A stretch of DNA of 64,000 nucleotides from Enterococcus phage VRE9_4: sequence record PP680570.1. One strand, 5' to 3'. The translations under genes were made by a program, and so were the position numbers. Positions 30,901 to 39,558 of the stretch are shown piece by piece; the stretch's first letter is position 1, and each line of letters starts with the position of its first letter. Under the pieces are notes generated by a model. It had not been told where the DNA came from. It saw only the letters and a program-made list of their open reading frames with translations, and made no database searches.

Positions 30901-33900
30901 TTTTTGGAATCCAGAGTTTTATGCTTACGATATTGCCCATGACTTTACTATAAGCTCATCTGAATTAAAAGGGTTTAAGTACTTAGGAGTGTATACAGAC
31001 GATAAGACGACTAATTCACAAAACCCTGCTGACTACGAGTGGAACTTGGTAAAGGGGAATGCTGGCGAATCTGCAAAAACATTAATTTTATCAACTTCTT
31101 CAAATACTGTTAAAATTAACCAAGACTCTTCTATCCAGTCTGACACTATAACTCTTCAAGCTAATATGCAAAATATGGTAGGAACTGCTACTTTTAGCGC
31201 TATCCCATATATTGGGACAACACCACAAACAGCAATAACCTTGGGCGGGGCAGGAAACACAAGAACATTTTCTACTTCCTCTTGGAATAAAAATTGGACT
31301 TCTTTGGTAGTTACTGCTACGTTTGAATCATTTATTGATAAGCAAACAATTATTTCTGTTAAAGAAGGTAAAGATGGCGCTGATTCAATAACTGGATTAT
31401 TGACAAATGAATCTGTAACATTAGCGGCTGATAAAAATGGTACTGTTGAGAGCTTCTCCGAGGCTTCAGGAACATTTAAAGTGTTTGATGGATTATCAGA
31501 TGTTACTGGCAAAAATGTTGCTTATACATTAAAGAATAGTTCAGGAGGAACATTTAATATTAATGCTTCTACTGGAGTATACAATATGACTGCAATGAGT
31601 AATGATTCTGCTACAGCAACTTTTGAAGCTACTTATAAAAATATTAAAATTGAAAAAATATTAAATGTAGCTAAATCTAAAGCAGGGAAAGAAACTTATA
31701 CTTATACAAAATATTCTAATTCAAAAGATTTTGGGAATTATGACTATAGTGGAAACTATAATTTTATGAGACCACTCTCATTAGATGATTGGGATTTAAT
31801 GGGCGCAGGTATTACGAAGGCTGATGTAAACGGTGAATATGTAAGCTTTGATTTTAGTAAACATAGTGGTGATATGAATGTATATGCTGGTTTTAGTCAT
31901 CCACTTCCTTTACTTAAAGCTAATCAAAACTATACTCTGTCTGCAGAAGTAAGTACTGATACTACATGGACAGGAAGAATCCGTATGAGTTATCGTATCA
32001 ATAAGCCAGATGGAAGCCCAGCTCCAGTTGCACAAGGCGTGCTGATTGGAGACGTTACTAATCCTGTAGCCAATAAATGGTATACATTAACAACGATGGA
32101 TGGAAATCATGCTGTACCTGATTTAATTAATAACTGTAAATCTGTATGGCTTCAAGCGAACCTTTCTAATACAGAGTTTAAAGGTAAATTAAATATTCGA
32201 TACACTATTAAAATCGAAGAAGGAGATAAAGCAACACCATATCAACCTAATTTAATGGATTCTCCTTACTATTTAAATAATATACCTCTTCAAGAGAATC
32301 TAATAAGATCTGATGTGGGTACTAAATTACCAATAACTACTACCGAATATCAAGTTGCAAATTTTGTTCCTAAAGAACCTTATATTATAGGACAAAAATA
32401 TACATTTACTATGAAAGCAACAAAACTGGGTGCACAAAACTTTGGTATCCATTTAAGAGCCGGTTCTCTAGGAGTCGGAGATATGAAACCAGTACAAGGG
32501 TTAATTAATACTTGGCAAATTACTTTCACAATTACTCAGGCACATATTGATGGCAATGCTAATGCAGTAAATGTTTTTCAAATGCCTCAATCAACTAAGG
32601 GTACTGTAAATATAGAATGGGCTAAACTTGAAAAAGGTGAAAATTATACTCCAAATATAGATTCATATAAATATATGGGGATTTATGTTGGAGGAGAAAG
32701 CGAACAACCTCATGACCCAACTCAATATGCCTGGAGTCAAATTAAGGGTAATGATTCTACAGCTTATTCATTATTATTAAGTAGTCAAATAATGTCATTA
32801 CCAAGAGGAGCAAGTAAACTAGTTCCTGAAAATATTACTATTTCTGGTATGGCTCAAACAGGTGAAAAATCTATTGAGAACATTAAATCTCGTATTGTTG
32901 TAGAAGAAACTACTAATGGAACTACATGGACTACTAAGTATGATGCAGATGCATTAACCTATACTTATACTCCTTCTTCCTTAAATGTTTTATCTGCACG
33001 AGTTAAAATGTATGTTGCAGGAGATAAAAATGTACAATTAGATCAAAAGAGTATTAATATTGTCAAAGATGGTTCGAATGGTTCTAATGGTTCAAGTAGT
33101 TATACATGGGTTCGTTATTCAGAAAATGCCAATGGTAATCCAATGACTACAACCTCTAATAGCAAAACTAAATACATTGGTATTGCTATTACCCAAACTT
33201 CAACTGCACCAAGCGCTTATAGTGATTACACTTGGAGTAGAATTAAGGGAAGTGGCGGACTTGTAGCTAAAGTTTATTCTAATGGTGGAACAAACATTGA
33301 GCAATCTCCAATTCAGATTAATGTAGAAACACAATCTGATGGGGATATAGTAGAACCAGATAAAGTAACATGGTATATGTCAAAAGATTCTTCGGTAGAA
33401 TGGACAGCAATTACTGCTGGAAATGGAATTACTTTAAATAAAAAATATATAGTTGTTGAACCAGTAGTATTCTTAGAATCAAATTCAATTAGTTTTAAAG
33501 CTCAAGTAGAATATAATTCTATGGCAGCTTTTGACTATATGACTGTAAATAATAAAAGCTTCGATGCAACAAAACCGTTAATTTTAAGACAACCAACTGC
33601 TCCACTTAATCCTTATCCTGGATTATTATGGTTAGATACTTCTAGTGGTAGTGGAGATCCTCTAGATAAAACTAATCCAAGTTTAGTTTATCGTTGGGGT
33701 AAATCAGCAATTGAAAGTGTAATTGGAACTGAATATGCGCATTATGCTTATGCAAATACACCAACTGGATATCAAGAAGATGGTGTTACACCAGATCCAG
33801 GGTTTAGTGTTACTTATAATAGTAGTCAAAAACCTATGTATATTGGATATTGTGTAACTGATACAGCACCAGATCCAACCACTCCTAGTTCCTACAATTG

Positions 33901-35689
33901 GAAGTCAATCACTACAGAAAATGGTAGCGAAGATGTTAACGGTGCCAAAGGTATTGCACAAGAAAAAATAGAAACAACTTACGAATGGGGATGGGTTGTT
34001 CTAAGTACTTCTGATTTAGAAATGCTTCCATGGTTAAATAATGAAGACGGTTCTACAATTATTGACTGGATTTATCAAATTACTCAAAAAACTTCGGATG
34101 ATTCTATTGTTCAAACTGTAGTTGGTTCAGAAGATATGTCGAAAGTATATGCTAAAACTGATGCGGTCGATGAACTAAGTAGTGCCAACCATGAATTATC
34201 AGATAAAATAGAAGAATATAATAAGCAAATGCAAGAAGCTTTTGCTGGAATTGATACAACGTATGTAAACAAATCAGAATTTGAACAAGAAATGAATAAA
34301 TTCAATTTTGGTATTGATAAAGCTGGTGGGGTTAACTTAATTAGAAATTCAACAGGTTTCCAATGGGAAGATACAGCGCCTAGCGATGAAATGTTAACAA
34401 ATCCTAAATTTGAAGGAACAATCTCAACTACTGGATTAAATGATAATGGTTGGGTGTATAATGATACAGGAATGGGTCAGATAATAGGAGCAGAAAATGA
34501 CTTTCCAGAATATAATATTATGCGTATTGGTGGAACTAATTCAAGAACCAAATATAGTTATAGTAAAAATATTCCTGTTACTCCAGGCCAATTAATTAAT
34601 ATTTCTGGACAGACTCGTATCCCTAACACTATTGGAGATACTCAACATATTTATGTTTCTATTAGATTCTATGGGGCGGCAAGCGATCCATCTGCTAATT
34701 CTGAAGCGGATACAATAGGAGATGGACAAGGTTTTATCTATCTATTTACAGATAAAAAGCACAATGCTGGTTCCATATTTGGAACAGATTCTTACACTGT
34801 AAAAACAAATAATATAGTCCAAGATATTTGGAGTAATTATTCTGTTAATGTAACAATACCATCTGGAGCCGCTTTTATGAAGGTATGTTTGTATAATAGT
34901 TCTACAACTGTTACTGACTATTTTGATTTTAGAAAACCTAGTGTAGTTTTATATTCTGGGATGTTTGATTTTTGGTATAAAAATGATTCAGCCAATGCCC
35001 AAATTAGACAAATTTTAGGTGATGAATCACTAGAAGAACTTGGTTTAATTGCTGGTTTTGAATTAAAAGGTTTAAGATATAAACTAGACCAAGATATTCT
35101 TCTACCTAACCCAAATACAGAATATACTCTAAGCTGGTATGCTAATAAAATTAGTCAATCAGGGAAGAGCAAATATTATGTAAAAGTATTAAATACAAAA
35201 ACTGGAGCAGAAATAGCTGTTTCAGAAGCCTCTGCCGATACTATCGGATACCAACGAATGTCTGTTACTTTTTCAGTAACTAACACAAGTGCAGTTACTA
35301 TTAGAATTGGTTTAGAAGGAGAAGGAAGCGCGGATGCAACATTATCCGCAGCAGGATTAATGATTAATATTGGTCCCTATCCTCTCTCTTGGCAATCTCA
35401 TCACGAAGAAGTATATTCTACAAATGTTCGAATTGATAGTAGTGGCTTGAAAGTATTTAATTCTGATTACGATGGATATAATGTTATGACTCCTAGAGAA
35501 TTTGCAGGTTATTATCGTAATGGAGAAGTTTATGAAAGAGTATTTACTTTAAATAAAGATACAACGAAAGTTAAAAAATTAGAAGCGCAAGAAAGATTTA
35601 TGATGAAACCAGTACAAATTGTATCGGTTGATTCTCCAACTATTAAGGGCTGGGCCTTTGTTGGATACAATGGTGAAGATACTGACTAA
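27971..35689 (+). CDS. giant tail fibre / host-recognition protein with collagen-like tract and repeated modules
   Basis: 2572 aa. It has a G-X-Y run (GLDGKDGEDGIPGAPGEDGR, nt 28727-28786). The motif Y-x-W-x-x-IKG-x-DG/NG recurs at least 6 times. Two diverged copies of a block of about 360 aa lie at nt about 28790-29870 and 31700-32760. The sequence is beta-rich (N/T/S/Y). Confidence 0.6.
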   Translation: MTTVSRGEITITNVNDGKTPYFHTAYSWSKDGTDRFTTIYPQDNKLENTQNPSVTKPVQLKGSRTSSTETVTMENGITRQEKKVDKTGEFYYRFMNTADNNLSAVDLTPGETYHFGLDLRAELAEGDYITWRAQYKTATSSWINMDNWGASFSKIEGVTSEFQRFERELTIPEDATTLYFSYQVYSPNSTSPSVGTVVEFKNAKFALDSASPYTPSPEEDLANAYPTYLGTYSSFEEESSLSPYDYTWSLIKGLDGKDGEDGIPGAPGEDGRTPYFHIGYTNSTDFGNYDFSGNPNLFPNVGYADISTNWTQAGAAPIKPQDGLVIDNGDSFTVDLGKLTSNFGLYFNNLPRPKTGKNYAWSVELKSEEPLDNNVFFVRPVYINSGGTLSAYAKPINTGATTEMTRYSATYTNITDVISNSNCQSLQIYFPSTLPRTKVTIKYNIKVEEVETPTSSSTPYQPNIKDAPWHFSTYPLGKNIADKTVKFPINVNTYKVYEGDMLESFKIGETYTVTIKGRKPAQKTFSVYNAGTVFLGHLAPVQGLSDVWTGTFTVPLINSGYPNRLQIYQLPNDNQYGEVQIDWVKIEKSPVSTPNIDAYKYLGNYADYEQEDSLNPTKYKWNLIKGEDGSNGTSSFLHVAWANVDTFPEFVKGARPNVLRKADIVSVFSNNSSLFPTNSYWVTDEDGRVFNRVERTNLDLNPNKLSVYHTIGTTYNSMDPVNLGDLTVPIEGKKIVVSGKWRASKEVRMVMMAKVIVNGVTKPLPHDKEVVTISTEWKTFSTVLDNVEPNTTIIRFLPSYDTNDWETANIQLDQKDLKIEIVEEGESEEPTPWVPPITRELFNPKNMFEGGNSRDIANFGGSTITATKNIEVPGWGAKDASTFVITGGANVIKGVMKVKPIDPPLQSDGNTFYRSNFHVRNNHETNTLIIDSNGGTSISIPPKAMGYFGIPTNQQVANSNLQWHFRVADPSMDINFTFWNPEFYAYDIAHDFTISSSELKGFKYLGVYTDDKTTNSQNPADYEWNLVKGNAGESAKTLILSTSSNTVKINQDSSIQSDTITLQANMQNMVGTATFSAIPYIGTTPQTAITLGGAGNTRTFSTSSWNKNWTSLVVTATFESFIDKQTIISVKEGKDGADSITGLLTNESVTLAADKNGTVESFSEASGTFKVFDGLSDVTGKNVAYTLKNSSGGTFNINASTGVYNMTAMSNDSATATFEATYKNIKIEKILNVAKSKAGKETYTYTKYSNSKDFGNYDYSGNYNFMRPLSLDDWDLMGAGITKADVNGEYVSFDFSKHSGDMNVYAGFSHPLPLLKANQNYTLSAEVSTDTTWTGRIRMSYRINKPDGSPAPVAQGVLIGDVTNPVANKWYTLTTMDGNHAVPDLINNCKSVWLQANLSNTEFKGKLNIRYTIKIEEGDKATPYQPNLMDSPYYLNNIPLQENLIRSDVGTKLPITTTEYQVANFVPKEPYIIGQKYTFTMKATKLGAQNFGIHLRAGSLGVGDMKPVQGLINTWQITFTITQAHIDGNANAVNVFQMPQSTKGTVNIEWAKLEKGENYTPNIDSYKYMGIYVGGESEQPHDPTQYAWSQIKGNDSTAYSLLLSSQIMSLPRGASKLVPENITISGMAQTGEKSIENIKSRIVVEETTNGTTWTTKYDADALTYTYTPSSLNVLSARVKMYVAGDKNVQLDQKSINIVKDGSNGSNGSSSYTWVRYSENANGNPMTTTSNSKTKYIGIAITQTSTAPSAYSDYTWSRIKGSGGLVAKVYSNGGTNIEQSPIQINVETQSDGDIVEPDKVTWYMSKDSSVEWTAITAGNGITLNKKYIVVEPVVFLESNSISFKAQVEYNSMAAFDYMTVNNKSFDATKPLILRQPTAPLNPYPGLLWLDTSSGSGDPLDKTNPSLVYRWGKSAIESVIGTEYAHYAYANTPTGYQEDGVTPDPGFSVTYNSSQKPMYIGYCVTDTAPDPTTPSSYNWKSITTENGSEDVNGAKGIAQEKIETTYEWGWVVLSTSDLEMLPWLNNEDGSTIIDWIYQITQKTSDDSIVQTVVGSEDMSKVYAKTDAVDELSSANHELSDKIEEYNKQMQEAFAGIDTTYVNKSEFEQEMNKFNFGIDKAGGVNLIRNSTGFQWEDTAPSDEMLTNPKFEGTISTTGLNDNGWVYNDTGMGQIIGAENDFPEYNIMRIGGTNSRTKYSYSKNIPVTPGQLINISGQTRIPNTIGDTQHIYVSIRFYGAASDPSANSEADTIGDGQGFIYLFTDKKHNAGSIFGTDSYTVKTNNIVQDIWSNYSVNVTIPSGAAFMKVCLYNSSTTVTDYFDFRKPSVVLYSGMFDFWYKNDSANAQIRQILGDESLEELGLIAGFELKGLRYKLDQDILLPNPNTEYTLSWYANKISQSGKSKYYVKVLNTKTGAEIAVSEASADTIGYQRMSVTFSVTNTSAVTIRIGLEGEGSADATLSAAGLMINIGPYPLSWQSHHEEVYSTNVRIDSSGLKVFNSDYDGYNVMTPREFAGYYRNGEVYERVFTLNKDTTKVKKLEAQERFMMKPVQIVSVDSPTIKGWAFVGYNGEDTD

Positions 35690-35695
35690 AAATAA

Positions 35696-35740
35696 ATGGT
35701 CATTCCTAATTATTTGGGAGTGACCATTTCTTATTTCCCA
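35696..35740 (+). terminator. putative terminator after fibre gene
   Basis: AATGGTCATTCC ... GGGAGTGACCATT imperfect stem followed by a weak T-rich tract. Confidence 0.3.
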
Positions 35741-35771
35741 AGAGAGAAGAGGAAAAGGAGGAAATTTAATA

Positions 35772-38150
35772 ATGGCAACAAGTGGAGAGAAATATACTGC
35801 TTTTGCTCGACATCGTTTAAATTGTAGATGGTCGATAAACCGACAAGATATTGCTGGTAACTACACAATTGTCACCGGTTTTTTATATTTACAATCTATG
35901 GACGCCTATGGGGCTATTTCAGCTTCTGCCGTAGGTCAAGCACAAGTTACAATTAATGGACAAAAACAAACTGAAAACGCAACTTCTCAATTAAGTGCGC
36001 ATCAAAATAAATTATTATTAGCTAAAGATTATCGAGTAGGACATAATAATGACGGTTCAAAAACGACTACTGTTTCTGGAAGTTATTTTGTAAATGTTAC
36101 ATTCGCAGGAGTTTATTATGGAACGATATCTGTTGGGAATTTTAACGCAGATTTACCCAAAATTCCTAGACATAGTTCATTGAATCCAGTACCAACATTT
36201 ACAGTTCCTAATGGATGCTCTTTTTCTATTAGCAGACAATCAAATTTTACACATGGACTAAGCTTTTGGGTCCAAAATAGAGCTAACCCTACGCTATCTG
36301 ATGATAGTCATTGGACGTGGCTTGCAGATGTAAGCAATGTCGCAACGAGTGGCAAATTTAATTTTACAGATGGACAGCTATCAACTATTGCTCAAAGAAT
36401 AAAACAATTTGCTGGTAATGGTGGAAATATTTTGGGAAAGGTTAAACTATGGACGAACGGCGTGTCCGGCCTTAGTCAACAACGAACAGTCCAGATTGCT
36501 CATCCAGCACCAGCTTCTCCTAATATTAAAGATTTTTCTTTAACCTCAGGAGAAAAAATTAACATTGGACTAGATAGTTTTCAATCGGATAGTAAATTTA
36601 AATATGATGTAACATTTAGGTGTGCTGGCTGGAGTAAATCATGGTCTAATTTAACAACAAGCTCTACAGGATGGACGTTAACCCAAGAAGACGTAAATAA
36701 TATGTTGAGTAGATTTACTGGAGCAACAAAAAATGGTTACGAAGTAGAAATTGTTTCTAAACTTTGTGGTTCACAATATAGGAATAGTATAAAAAAATAT
36801 GCAAGTGCGATTGTTAATACGGAAACAGCTTCACCCTTGATAACTGAAGGTTTTTCTCATGAAGATACAAATCAAGTATCCATTGCTATAACAGGAAATA
36901 AAAAAGTACTTTTAGATAAAAATTCTACTTTGAGAGTAACGGTTCCTAGTTCAATAATAACAACTAGAGATTATGGTAAACCAGCTAGTGTTGAGGCATC
37001 ATTTGCAGGGATCAAAAAAACGGTTAATTATGCAGAAGGAAATATGGTTTTAGACTTTGGTGTTATTACAGGAACAACAGGAAATCTAACTGTAACAGCT
37101 ATTGACAGCCGAGGATTAAAAGGGAGCGCTTCTTATGAAGTTACGGTACTTCCATATAATATGCCTGTGATTAACTTTAATGTAAGAAGAAATAATAGCT
37201 TTGAGACAGATACTTTAGTTTCAGGTACTTCTATCTGGTCTCCTGTTGATGGAAAAAATAAAATTTTGTCTGTACAATACCAAATAAGTGGTTCAGATAA
37301 GGTAGATATTCCTTTTACGACAGCAGCAAATGTTTTAAGTATTACAGCCCAAACATTGCCGCTAGATAATTCTCAATCTTGGACAGTTACAATATTCATT
37401 ACAGATAAAACTGGAACATATTCTAGATCATATAATATTACGGAAGGTAAACCATTAATGTTTATCGATCCAAACCGTAAATCTGTTTCTTTTGGGGACT
37501 TCCCAACAACTGGTGAAGAAAGAGGATTGCCTGGTGTTATAGAAATAGAAGCAGATAGATATCATGATAGCGGCAAAACAGGTATTCAAATGAATAATAG
37601 TGATATTTCTGGTTTAAATGGACTATTTTTTTCTAATGATTCAATGAATAATACTGGAGAAGGACTTAATTTCATCAAATCTGGAAAAGAGATTAATTCG
37701 CCTAATCATGATGATTATGACCATATTTATATGAGAGATGGCTCTCTTTACATTAATAATGATAGCGTTCCGCTTTTTACTATGAACGCTGAAAAATCTG
37801 GATTTTTAGAAAAAAGATTATGGTCTGGAGCTTGGTATATTGGTAATACCCAAAAAACAGTTATATCTAAGAGTATTTATGCTTGCCCTAATGGTTGGGC
37901 ATTATTTTTCTCTAGATATTCTGGTGGGGCTCCATCTGATGTGGACTCTGTGTGCGTACTTCTTCATAAAGCTACACTACAATCAACGGGTACTAATCAT
38001 AAACGTGTACTAATTTCAACGTATTCTGACACAATAGCAGTTAAAGCCTTTCATATTCAAGACAATGGAACATCAATTGTAGGCTCTAACAATAATAATT
38101 CTGTAGGAGAAAATGCTAAAACAGTACTAAGGGCGGTGTACGAATGGTGA
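35772..38150 (+). CDS. tail/baseplate structural protein
   Basis: 792 aa with RBS AAAGGAGGAAAT. It is beta-rich with no enzymatic motif recognised. Confidence 0.4.
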   Translation: MATSGEKYTAFARHRLNCRWSINRQDIAGNYTIVTGFLYLQSMDAYGAISASAVGQAQVTINGQKQTENATSQLSAHQNKLLLAKDYRVGHNNDGSKTTTVSGSYFVNVTFAGVYYGTISVGNFNADLPKIPRHSSLNPVPTFTVPNGCSFSISRQSNFTHGLSFWVQNRANPTLSDDSHWTWLADVSNVATSGKFNFTDGQLSTIAQRIKQFAGNGGNILGKVKLWTNGVSGLSQQRTVQIAHPAPASPNIKDFSLTSGEKINIGLDSFQSDSKFKYDVTFRCAGWSKSWSNLTTSSTGWTLTQEDVNNMLSRFTGATKNGYEVEIVSKLCGSQYRNSIKKYASAIVNTETASPLITEGFSHEDTNQVSIAITGNKKVLLDKNSTLRVTVPSSIITTRDYGKPASVEASFAGIKKTVNYAEGNMVLDFGVITGTTGNLTVTAIDSRGLKGSASYEVTVLPYNMPVINFNVRRNNSFETDTLVSGTSIWSPVDGKNKILSVQYQISGSDKVDIPFTTAANVLSITAQTLPLDNSQSWTVTIFITDKTGTYSRSYNITEGKPLMFIDPNRKSVSFGDFPTTGEERGLPGVIEIEADRYHDSGKTGIQMNNSDISGLNGLFFSNDSMNNTGEGLNFIKSGKEINSPNHDDYDHIYMRDGSLYINNDSVPLFTMNAEKSGFLEKRLWSGAWYIGNTQKTVISKSIYACPNGWALFFSRYSGGAPSDVDSVCVLLHKATLQSTGTNHKRVLISTYSDTIAVKAFHIQDNGTSIVGSNNNNSVGENAKTVLRAVYEW

Positions 38151-38896
38151 TAAAAGAAAAAGAATATAAAGATATAGTCCTTGCTTTAGATGAAAACAAT
38201 TTTGTGGAACAATGGGCCGAAAATCTAAGTGGGGAAGGGAATTTCTTTCCCATAACACTCCCTTCAGACCATCCTTTTTTCTATAATAATATAGCTTCTT
38301 TTAAACTTGAAAATTCTGAATTAGTTTTTGTTGAAGACAAATATATGGAGAATACAAAAAAGATTCAAAAGGATAATTTAGAAATAGTTTGTAAAGAAAA
38401 AATTTTAGAAGGTTTTGAATATGAATTTGAAGGAGAATTTTATCATATAAGCTATTCTGAAAATAAACAAAGTAGATTTGAAGAAACAAAAACACTTTTT
38501 TCCACGAAAACAATAAATACTATTGATTGGGAATTTATTCAAAATAATGGTACTATAGTTATTAAAACATTAAATGAATTAGAATTTTTAACGTTGTATA
38601 CTTTTGCTAGTATGGTAAAAATGAATAAAATTAATAAGTTAAACAATAACCTATTCTCTCTTATTGATAATGCAAAAACAGAAGAAGAGATATCGTCAAT
38701 AAATTGGAGTTCTGTAGAGGACGTCTTACCAGAAAAACCAATTATTGATTTAAATGGAGATGGCGAAATTAGCCAAGAAGAATTTGATGCTTTGATGAAA
38801 GAAAATAAAGAACTTAAACAAAAAGTAGAGTTAAATGAAATGGCTTTGGTTGATGCTATTAATATGTTATCTAATATGATTATTGGACAATCTTAA
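38144..38896 (+). CDS. hypothetical protein with canonical EF-hand Ca-binding loop
   Basis: 250 aa with an ATGGTGA overlap with the upstream stop. The 12-residue loop DLNGDGEISQEE (nt 38747-38782) matches D-x-N-x-D-G-x-I-x-x-x-E. Confidence 0.55.
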   Translation: MVIKEKEYKDIVLALDENNFVEQWAENLSGEGNFFPITLPSDHPFFYNNIASFKLENSELVFVEDKYMENTKKIQKDNLEIVCKEKILEGFEYEFEGEFYHISYSENKQSRFEETKTLFSTKTINTIDWEFIQNNGTIVIKTLNELEFLTLYTFASMVKMNKINKLNNNLFSLIDNAKTEEEISSINWSSVEDVLPEKPIIDLNGDGEISQEEFDALMKENKELKQKVELNEMALVDAINMLSNMIIGQS

Positions 38897-38911
38897 AGGA
38901 GGTGATTATTA

Positions 38912-39064
38912 ATGTATCCATATTTAGCAATTTTTTACGCAAGCCTTATCATCAAAGACCCAGAAGGTTGGAAAGGAAAAGAAAACCAAATTCCAGCTAT
39001 GATCCGAGACGATGTTATGAAGCTTGTAAATGAAATGGCAAAAAAAGACGTTACCGCCGAGTAA
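38912..39064 (+). CDS. small hypothetical protein (50 aa) upstream of holin
   Basis: RBS AAAGGAGGTGATTATT precedes it. It has a hydrophobic N-terminal segment (YLAIFYASLII). It is not in the ORF track. Confidence 0.4.
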   Translation: MYPYLAIFYASLIIKDPEGWKGKENQIPAMIRDDVMKLVNEMAKKDVTAE

Positions 39065-39151
39065 TATTATTTGGTTTAGGAATGTTAGTAGGTTTTTTAC
39101 TAGCTCTTCTAATCTTTTAATCTCGGCAAAAATTAAGGAGGAAATAAAATT

Positions 39152-39481
39152 ATGGCAAATATTGATATGAGTCAAATTCAAGATGTTTTCGCTGCTTTAG
39201 TAGCATTTGGTGGTATCTTGGCACCAATCGTATTTTATATTATTCAATTAATCAAACCTTTTATTCCTAGCGATTATACTAAATTAATCGCAGTAGTTCT
39301 AGGAGGGGGTATCGGAGCAGTACTAGTAGCAATTGCCCCTGCTCTTGGAATTGTAGGACTTAACTATATTGTTGGTATAATTGGTGGTTTAATCGGTGGT
39401 TATATTGCAACTAATCAATTTGATACTGCTGCTAAAAAAGGCTTTGAAAAAGGTCTAGATGAAACTAAACAAGAAAAATAA
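39152..39481 (+). CDS. holin
   Basis: 109 aa with RBS AAGGAGGAAAT. It has two predicted TM helices and a charged C-terminus (KKGFEKGLDETKQEK). It lies immediately upstream of the lysin. The N-terminus has a MANIDM dual-Met arrangement. Confidence 0.7.
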   Translation: MANIDMSQIQDVFAALVAFGGILAPIVFYIIQLIKPFIPSDYTKLIAVVLGGGIGAVLVAIAPALGIVGLNYIVGIIGGLIGGYIATNQFDTAAKKGFEKGLDETKQEK

Positions 39482-39495
39482 ATAAAATAAATCAA

Positions 39496-39524
39496 TAGGC
39501 TGTCATTGCACAGCCTATTTTTTT
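39496..39524 (+). terminator. intrinsic terminator between holin and lysin
   Basis: TAGGCTGT-cattgc-ACAGCCTA followed by TTTTTTT. Confidence 0.65.
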
Positions 39525-39558
39525 ACATTAAAGAGAGTATTTATAAGGAGGTATATAA

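Noticed and set aside
39068-39120. 12-aa hydrophobic mini-ORF (MLVGFLLALLIF) between the small gene and holin
   Set aside because: It is too short, and no RBS at correct spacing could be verified. It is possibly a coincidence of AT-rich sequence.
38924-39181. Minus-strand 85-aa ORF
   Set aside because: It overlaps an RBS-supported plus-strand small gene and the holin start. It has no RBS, and its antisense orientation breaks an otherwise unidirectional module.
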